From Pirellulaceae bacterium (lineage in GTDB: Bacteria > Planctomycetota > Planctomycetia > Pirellulales > Pirellulaceae), in assembly GCA_022448315.1 (NCBI GenBank), contig JAKVCA010000049.1, forward strand, positions 1 through 24,436: a DNA stretch of 24,436 nucleotides, in the 5' to 3' direction. The notes beneath the pieces were generated by a model. The model did not search any database and had not been told where the DNA came from. It saw only the letters and a list, made by a program, of their open reading frames with translations. Positions 18,897 through 24,436 of the stretch are shown here, piece by piece. Position 1 is the first letter of the stretch, and the number at the start of each line of letters is the position of its first letter. The position numbers and the translations under genes were made by a program.

Positions 18897-19463
18897 ATGA
18901 TTTTGACAGGCAGTGAAATTCAAAAACGGATGGGGACTGATATTGATATCACCCCGTTTTCTGAAGGCAATTTGAATCCGAACAGCTACAACCTGTCGCT
19001 GCACGATGAAATCGTATGTTACGAGGAAGTCGTGCTGGATATGAAAAAGGCCAACCGGACTCGCCAACTGACCATACCCGAAAGTGGACTGGTTCTCAGT
19101 CCCAACCAACTGTATCTCGGGAGAACGGTTGAACGCACGGCCACTCACAATCTGGTTCCGATGATTGAGGGGCGGTCTTCTGTAGGGCGACTTGGACTTT
19201 TCGTGCATGTCACGGCAGGCTTCGGGGATGTCGGTTTCGAAGGTTTTTGGACACTCGAAATGTTTGCGGTTCAGCCCGTGCGGATCTATCCGGGCATTCA
19301 GATCTGCCAGATCTTCTACCATGAAATCAATGGCGAAGTGACGGAGTACGTCAGCAATAAGTACCAGAATAACAAGGGAATTCAGCCAAGTTTGCTCTAC
19401 AAAGAGCTGAATCCTGGTGCCGAATCTGAAGCCGATCCACAGCTGCAACTTGGGTTCGAGTGA
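18897..19463 (+). CDS. dcd: dCTP deaminase
   Basis: MILTGSEIQKRMGTDIDITPF...GRSSVGRLGLFVHVTAGFGDVGFEGFWTLEM is the canonical Dcd/dUTPase-fold sequence. 188 aa. Confidence 0.9.
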   Translation: MILTGSEIQKRMGTDIDITPFSEGNLNPNSYNLSLHDEIVCYEEVVLDMKKANRTRQLTIPESGLVLSPNQLYLGRTVERTATHNLVPMIEGRSSVGRLGLFVHVTAGFGDVGFEGFWTLEMFAVQPVRIYPGIQICQIFYHEINGEVTEYVSNKYQNNKGIQPSLLYKELNPGAESEADPQLQLGFE

Positions 19464-19725
19464 GGCTTGCTGTTCGCCAGTTTTTCCGGGGCCTTGAGTA
19501 GAAAAAATACCCGGCGTGTTCCGCCTGTATCGATTGGGTGAATTGAGTTTTGAGAAAGTTTGGCAATCGTATCAGTCTGGCAAAAAACTGCTGCGATCAA
19601 TTTGCTTTTTCTTTATTCTAGATCTCTACGAAATCTTTCGTCCGTACTGTCGCATTGATACAGTTGCGAAGCCGTTGTGGTGGCGACCCGATGGGAACAA
19701 CGCAACGCGTACCGGGGAGTTGGCG

Positions 19726-20346
19726 ATGTCGAGCCGCTCGCGACAGTGTTACACGGACTTGGGGTGGAAGGACGAGATGGTGAATTCTGGGGTGCCTAAT
19801 TCGAAGGATGTGGAACAGCTGATGCTCAATGCGCAATTGCGCAGTGAGCTGGAGCCGTTTGTCGATGAGTCGTTCGATTTGCTCGATTGGCAACGGATGA
19901 CCACGGCGTACGAGAACGAATACCTGGCCTCGATGTTGGCTTGGGAGCGTGCACCGGTGTTGCCGGTGAGCAAGTGGTTCCAACCCGAGTTGGTCATCGA
20001 GTCGCCCGAGGATCTTGATGATGCTCATCTTTCGGAGCGTCTCAACGAAGTGATTGCCCGACTTTACGACGGCAGAATCGTTTTAGAGTGTACGGAACAT
20101 CTCTCTGATCGCGCTCTGTACACCCTGATATTTAGGGATATTCTACCCTCGTTCGAGAAGAAGGTTGAAATCCCCAAAAACTATCTTCATTGGCATTGCA
20201 TCGATGAAAATGAAGATGAAGAGGCATGGTTGCGGTTTTACGCGACCGAGGACGAACGCGAGGAATGGAGGCTCGAAACAGGCGGGCAACTTCCTGAGGC
20301 TGAGATTCCACCCTACCCCAGGAAAATGCCGAGGCGGGCGAAATAG
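19726..20346 (+). CDS. Acidic hypothetical protein (about 206 aa; no domain recognised)
   Basis: Open frame with a protein-like acidic composition (..EDEREEWRLETGG..). The track ORF begins at GTG 19516, but its first 70 codons run through an AT-rich, promoter-like stretch. ATG 19726 (MSSRSRQ) has GGGGAG 7 nt upstream. ATG 19777 (MVNSGV, preceded by GGAAGGA) is an alternative start. Confidence 0.5.
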   Translation: MSSRSRQCYTDLGWKDEMVNSGVPNSKDVEQLMLNAQLRSELEPFVDESFDLLDWQRMTTAYENEYLASMLAWERAPVLPVSKWFQPELVIESPEDLDDAHLSERLNEVIARLYDGRIVLECTEHLSDRALYTLIFRDILPSFEKKVEIPKNYLHWHCIDENEDEEAWLRFYATEDEREEWRLETGGQLPEAEIPPYPRKMPRRAK

Positions 20347-20456
20347 GCATTGCCTTGCCGATTGGTTTTTGATCGACGCGGGGACATCAGATTCCCGACA
20401 AAAGAGCGGACAGTAGTTTCCGCCGTAACTCAATATTTTCCGCCTTTGAGAGCAAA

Positions 20457-20492
20457 AGATGGCCAGGGGAGAACCCTTTGGCCATCTCTTTT
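20457..20492 (+). terminator. Intrinsic terminator-like hairpin downstream of the hypothetical gene
   Basis: AGATGGCCA (20457-20465) and TGGCCATCT (20479-20487) are perfect 9-bp arms. An inner GGG/CCC pair leaves a GAGAA loop. CTTTT follows. Confidence 0.5.
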
Positions 20493-20795
20493 CAGACGGT
20501 TGTTCTCCTTCAGCAATCGCCCTTCTTGCCACGAGCCGCACCCAAACTCGTTGCGTAAGGCAGACGCCGCTAGTTTATACTCGTTTCAGTTGAAAATCTG
20601 GAAGCGAGTCGTCGCGTGCAGGGTCTCCATCAAGAGAAAACATCTCCGGCGGGAGAAGTGGAGCAATCTTGGAGATTCCACGAATTTTCTGCGCCCTACG
20701 CTGCCGGGTTTGAGGCCCTAACACTTTGACGCCGCAATGTCGGGATGATCTCATCGCCGCCAGCGGTTTCGAACTTCTGTTTTCCGAGGAATGTC

Positions 20796-21455
20796 ATGGA
20801 TGTATTTGAGATCGCATTTTCGGGTGTCATGCTCCCAATTACCGTGTTGACACTATTGGTGTTGGCCTATTGGTTACTCGTGATCTTTGGCATCGTTGGT
20901 TTGGAGTTGTTTGATATCAATTTTGATGTGGACTATAACGCCGACGTGGGGGATGCGTCGACGGGAAATACCGTGGGTGAAGCGACCTCGCTGGGGGTGT
21001 TGAAGTTCTTTCACGTTGGTGAAGTTCCCATCATGATTCTGGTCAGCATTTTCGCGTTTTCGCTTTGGATGGTGACCTACGTGGCGACCGTGACTTTTTC
21101 TGAGAAATACAGCGGTCCGCTCGCTATTCTTTGGATTGGGCCCAGCCTCCTAATTAGTCTGGGATTGACTAAGGCGTTCCTATGGCCGACCAGTCGGCTC
21201 TTGAAGAGTTTCGATGGCTCGAAAGATGCGGAAGTCGATTTGATCGGAAGAACCTGTATTGTCACTTCGACCGATGTGACTGCTGAATTTGGACAGGCCG
21301 AGGTCAAAATCGATGGCCCCTCGATCATCATTGACGTCAGAGGTGCGAAAGGTGACGTATTTGTGAAGGGAGACTTCGCGAGAGTGGTCTCTCAAAGCAA
21401 AGGAAATCAGACCTATCTCATTCAACCTATTTCTGCAGAGGAATCCACTTCATGA
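20796..21455 (+). CDS. NfeD-family membrane protein (YqiJ-like; partner of SPFH/flotillin proteins)
   Basis: Three predicted transmembrane helices (VMLPITVLTLLVLAYWLLVIFGIVGL; VPIMILVSIFAFSLWMVTYVATV; LAILWIGPSLLISLGL) are followed by a C-terminal soluble beta-rich domain (LIGRTCIVTSTDVTAEFGQAEVKIDGPSIIIDVRG..GDFARVV) typical of the NfeD OB-fold. ATG 20796 has GAGGAA 7 nt upstream. The stop overlaps the flotillin start (ATGA). Confidence 0.7.
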   Translation: MDVFEIAFSGVMLPITVLTLLVLAYWLLVIFGIVGLELFDINFDVDYNADVGDASTGNTVGEATSLGVLKFFHVGEVPIMILVSIFAFSLWMVTYVATVTFSEKYSGPLAILWIGPSLLISLGLTKAFLWPTSRLLKSFDGSKDAEVDLIGRTCIVTSTDVTAEFGQAEVKIDGPSIIIDVRGAKGDVFVKGDFARVVSQSKGNQTYLIQPISAEESTS

Positions 21456-23668
21456 ATCCAATTATGGTGCTTGGACAACTTGGAGCCTACCAAGGATTAC
21501 TGTGGGGGCTTGTTGGTCTGGTGATTGTTGTGATCGGCCTGCTGAGCATTGCCGCTCAGTTTTACAAAAAGGTTGAGCAGGGCGAAGCGATCATCCGCAA
21601 TGGAATTGGCGGAACGAAGACAAGTTTCAGTGGCATGTTTGTTTTTCCCGTGATTCACTTCTGGGAACGCATGGAGATCTCGGTCAAGCGTATCGAGATT
21701 TTCCGACAGGGCGAACAGGGCCTGATCTGTAAAGACAATATCCGCGCGGACATCAAGGTCGCGTTTTTTGTTCGAGTGAATAAAACGGCCGGGGATGTCT
21801 CGCTGGTGGCTCAGACCTTGGGCACCAAAAGAGCATCGCAGGAGTCCTCCCTTGTCGAGCTTTTTGACGCCAAGTTTTCGGAAGCTTTGAAAACGGTCGG
21901 CAAGCAGTTTGACTTTGTTGAACTTTACAACTCTCGTGAGCGATTTAAGGAAGAAATCCTCAAGGTCATCGGAACCGACTTGAATGGTTACCGTCTCGAC
22001 GATGCCGCGATTGACTACCTTGAGCAGACGCCCCTTGAAAAACTGAATCAGGACAACATCCTGGATGCCGAAGGTATCAAGAAGATCACCGATCTGACCT
22101 CCCGCGAACAGATCCAGTCGAATCACATCCGCCGGGAAAAAGAGAAGACGATTACAAAACAGAATGTTGAGGCCAGAGAGGCCATTCTCGAATTGCAGCG
22201 TCAACAGGCTCAAGCCGAAGAGAAGCAGGCTCGTGAAATCGCTGAGATTCAAGCGCGAGAACGTGCTCAGGGCGATGTTGTCGGCCATCAGGAGAATCAG
22301 CGAAGTGAAGTTGCGAGGATTGCCGCAGAAGAAGAGATCCTGATCGCGGAAGAGAACAAGCAACGCCAGGTGATCGTGGCAGAAAAGAGCAAGCAGCGAA
22401 CCTCAGCAGTTGAAACCGAACGCGTAGAGAAGGATCGGTTGCTTGAAGTCACCGAACGGGAACGGGTGGTGACGCTTGCCGATATCGAGAAGGATAAGGC
22501 CGTCGAAGTTGAGAAAAAGCATATCCAAGACGTGATCCGCGAGAGAGTGATCGTCGAACGGGCGGTCGTCGAAGAAGAAGAAAAAATCAAAGACACTCGC
22601 GAATTTGCGCTCGCGGATCGGGCCAAGAGGGTCGCGGTCACCGATGCAGAACAGCAGGCCGAGCAGGACTTGGTGAAGCAAGTTCGAGCAGCTGAAGCTG
22701 AAAAGCAGGCGGCTACCAAGCAGGCGGAGACGGTCGTTATTCAAGCCGACGCCGAACGCTCGGCTGCCGAAAAGGAAACCGATGCCAAAAAGATGTTGGC
22801 CGAGGCGACGCAGGCCGAGGCTGCCGCGATCGGTCTGGCGGAAGCGCAGGTAACGACCAGCAAAGCGGATGCCTATCAGAAGCATGGATCTGCGGAAGCG
22901 ACTGTTGCTCAACGCAAAGCTGAGGCAGAAGCTCGAGGTGATGAAGCCCGTGCTCAGGCGGTCCAGAAATTGGGACTCGCCGAAGCGGATGTCTTGCAGA
23001 AGAAATCAGTGGCCGAGGCGAAGGGTAAAGAAGCTTTGGCAATTGCCCTCGAGAAGGAAGGTGCCGCGGAAGCGGCAGTGCTCGAGAAGAAGTTTTCCGC
23101 AGATGCCAAGGGTATCACGGATAAGGCTGAAGCCATGAAATTGTTCGATGGAGTCGGTCGGGAACACGAAGAATTCAAACTGCGGCTCAACAAAGAAAAA
23201 GACGTCGAACTCGCCGCAATTCATGTCCAGAAGGACATCGCGGTCGAGCAATCACGTCTGGTCGGTGCTGCATTGCAAACGGCAAACATCGACATTGTTG
23301 GTGGGGAGACCAAGTTCTTCGACAGCATCGTGGGTTCGATCACCTCCGGAAAGCAGGTTGATCGCTGGGTTGGAAACAGCCAGGTGCTGCAGGATGTCAA
23401 GAATACGTTTTTTGACGGCGACGCCGATCAGTTTTCCAGCGAACTCCAGAAGTTTGTCAATCACTTCGGGATGTCGAGTGAAGACGTCAAAAATCTCAGT
23501 GTCTCTGCATTGATTGGTCAACTGATGGGCAAAACGGAAGATGCTTCCATTCTCGACCAGCTTCAAGGGCTGGCGGGAGCCGCGAAGCAACTTGGCGTTG
23601 AGGGTCAGAAGGCCGTCTCTCTAGGCTGGTCAAAGTCCGGCGGCAGTAATCCCAAGGATGCCGGTTAA
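21452..23668 (+). CDS. Flotillin-like SPFH/band-7 protein (YqiK/FloT type), unusually long at 738 aa
   Basis: An N-terminal membrane helix is followed by the SPFH domain (AIIRNGIGGTKTSFSGMFVFPVIHFWERMEISVKRIEIF...ADIKVAFFVRV) and a roughly 400-aa A/E/K/Q-rich coiled-coil (flotillin EA-repeat region) with a C-terminal tail. The ATG at 21452 overlaps the nfeD stop (translational coupling). Confidence 0.85.
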   Translation: MNPIMVLGQLGAYQGLLWGLVGLVIVVIGLLSIAAQFYKKVEQGEAIIRNGIGGTKTSFSGMFVFPVIHFWERMEISVKRIEIFRQGEQGLICKDNIRADIKVAFFVRVNKTAGDVSLVAQTLGTKRASQESSLVELFDAKFSEALKTVGKQFDFVELYNSRERFKEEILKVIGTDLNGYRLDDAAIDYLEQTPLEKLNQDNILDAEGIKKITDLTSREQIQSNHIRREKEKTITKQNVEAREAILELQRQQAQAEEKQAREIAEIQARERAQGDVVGHQENQRSEVARIAAEEEILIAEENKQRQVIVAEKSKQRTSAVETERVEKDRLLEVTERERVVTLADIEKDKAVEVEKKHIQDVIRERVIVERAVVEEEEKIKDTREFALADRAKRVAVTDAEQQAEQDLVKQVRAAEAEKQAATKQAETVVIQADAERSAAEKETDAKKMLAEATQAEAAAIGLAEAQVTTSKADAYQKHGSAEATVAQRKAEAEARGDEARAQAVQKLGLAEADVLQKKSVAEAKGKEALAIALEKEGAAEAAVLEKKFSADAKGITDKAEAMKLFDGVGREHEEFKLRLNKEKDVELAAIHVQKDIAVEQSRLVGAALQTANIDIVGGETKFFDSIVGSITSGKQVDRWVGNSQVLQDVKNTFFDGDADQFSSELQKFVNHFGMSSEDVKNLSVSALIGQLMGKTEDASILDQLQGLAGAAKQLGVEGQKAVSLGWSKSGGSNPKDAG

Positions 23669-23698
23669 ACGGTATCCGCCGTACCTCTTTCTAAAGTC

Positions 23699-23713
23699 GG
23701 TTTGAGTCAAACC
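23699..23713. promoter_or_regulatory. Perfect 15-bp palindrome GGTTTGAGTCAAACC between the flotillin gene and the next ORF
   Basis: The 7-bp arms GGTTTGA/TCAAACC flank a central G. The site is in a 214-bp intergenic region and is a candidate operator for a dimeric DNA-binding protein. Confidence 0.25.
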
Positions 23714-23882
23714 GCCATGGTGAAGGAGAGAGATAAGGTCAAGTCCGCAAACGTGACGGGCATTTCAGCCTCGCGAGGTGAGGACGGTCGTCACGCCGCG
23801 GATTTGGAAGGACTGGCGACGGAACGCCCCACCACGAAGCTCCGCGGCAATTCGGATGAAGACGGTTACAGGGTAGAGCACA

Positions 23883-24436
23883 ATGTCTCAAGTCTCCAGC
23901 GATACTGAATCCAAAGGTCCCGAAGGACAAGAGGTGCAACTCGAGCGAAGCACTTACGAGGTGATTCGCAATCGTCTCGAAGGTCATGGGGCAGATCTGA
24001 AAGATCGCTTGTCCAAATTGAACGATGCCCGTCGGGATGTTTTCGGGTCCATCGAAACCAAGTTGGTCAACAATCAAAGGATCACTACGGACAATAACTG
24101 CATCCCGCGGGACATTGTCCCAATCGGTGATCGATTTGTCTTTGGGTACAACGTCCATCTGGGATTGCGATCCGAAACGAACCTTGAAGATGTTTTTGCG
24201 GTTCATCGCTTTGATGGAACAGAGTTTCATATTGAGCCTCTGGATCTGATTTCCGAGTCACGTTTTGTCGAGGATTTCCGCCAGCTCTATAAGTATTACA
24301 AGCACACGCAATTCAGTAAATTTCAGGTCATCGGTCCTCACTTGTTCATGGTTTTTCAAGTGGGCAAGTCGACCGGGGACATCAAGAGTTTCAAGTGGTT
24401 GATCGGAGACGATCAACTGACCTATGTGGACAATCG
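23883..24436 (+). CDS. Hypothetical protein, 5' part only (184 codons open to the window end); not in the supplied ORF track
   Basis: ATG 23883, frame 3, has no stop through 24436. Translation MSQVSSDTESKGPEGQEVQLERSTYEVIRNRLEGHGADLKDRLSKLNDARRDVFGSIETKLVNNQRITTDNNCIPRDIVPIGDRFVFGYNVHLGLRSETNLEDVFAVHRFDGTEFHIEPLDLISESRFVEDFRQLYKYYKHTQFSKFQVIGPHLFMVFQVGKSTGDIKSFKWLIGDDQLTYVDN is protein-like in composition. It is co-directional with nfeD-flotillin. Confidence 0.55.
   Translation, partial: MSQVSSDTESKGPEGQEVQLERSTYEVIRNRLEGHGADLKDRLSKLNDARRDVFGSIETKLVNNQRITTDNNCIPRDIVPIGDRFVFGYNVHLGLRSETNLEDVFAVHRFDGTEFHIEPLDLISESRFVEDFRQLYKYYKHTQFSKFQVIGPHLFMVFQVGKSTGDIKSFKWLIGDDQLTYVDN

Noticed and set aside
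19516-19725. N-terminal 70 codons of track ORF 19516..20346
   Set aside because: Translation here (..SICFFFILDLYEIF..) comes from an AT-rich, promoter-like stretch. An internal ATG with GGGGAG SD at 19726 is the more plausible start.
19618-20028. 136-aa minus-strand ORF antisense to the acidic hypothetical gene
   Set aside because: It is extremely Arg/His/Leu-rich (RHRQLPGTR...). It mirrors the acidic plus-strand ORF, which has the better protein-like composition and an SD-ATG start.
22297-23251. Series of minus-strand ORFs (140, 169, 101, 79, 81 aa) under the flotillin coiled-coil region
   Set aside because: They are antisense to the A/E/K/Q repeat region. Their products are low-complexity Ser/Thr/Arg or Phe-rich strings generated by the complementary strand of the GCN/GAR-rich repeats.
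23702-23908. 68-aa plus-strand ORF in the flotillin / third-gene spacer
   Set aside because: It overlaps the better-supported frame-3 ORF starting at 23883, has an odd composition and no ribosome-binding site. It is more likely non-coding spacer.
1-24436. Search for tRNA, rRNA, CRISPR repeats, IS/transposase, integrase, toxin-antitoxin pairs
   Set aside because: No T-loop GGTTCGAAT-like cloverleaf candidates, no rRNA-like segments, no regularly spaced direct repeats, no terminal inverted repeats flanking an ORF, and no small paired ORFs typical of TA modules were seen.

Overview
This 24.4-kb window has about 55% GC and reads like core chromosome from a Planctomycetota-type genome. The taxonomic call is inference from a PEP-CTERM protein tail, an exported sulfatase, frequent TTG/GTG start codons and weak Shine-Dalgarno usage. 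The window is densely coding and I found no rRNA, tRNA, CRISPR array, IS element or integrase. Gene order is as follows. A PEP-CTERM protein 3' end and a strong intrinsic terminator come first. prfB follows, carrying the canonical programmed +1 frameshift CTT TGA C; the ORF track missed the 25-codon first frame. Next is a regulatory PTS-type block: hpf, ptsN (EIIA-Ntr), an HPr/NPr carrier, a 600-bp low-GC leader, and ptsI. Then come an RNase E/G-family nuclease, a family-4 uracil-DNA glycosylase with a long N-terminal extension, and a membrane PIN-TRAM protein (YacL-like). On the minus strand sit argS and a co-directional orphan beta-class (SPPY) DNA methyltransferase. gyrA diverges from argS, and its 5' region carries a triplicated CGATTCG motif. 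An SDR-type sugar epimerase/dehydratase converges on a sulfatase, followed by dcd and an acidic hypothetical protein. The window ends with a tightly coupled NfeD(YqiJ-like)-flotillin(YqiK-like) pair and a third unrecognised ORF that runs off the window end and is absent from the supplied ORF track. The most check-worthy items are that three-gene membrane module, the orphan methyltransferase, the long ptsI leader, the prfB recoding site and the unusual GyrA C-terminal domain. Most antisense ORFs in the track are GC-driven shadows and were rejected.
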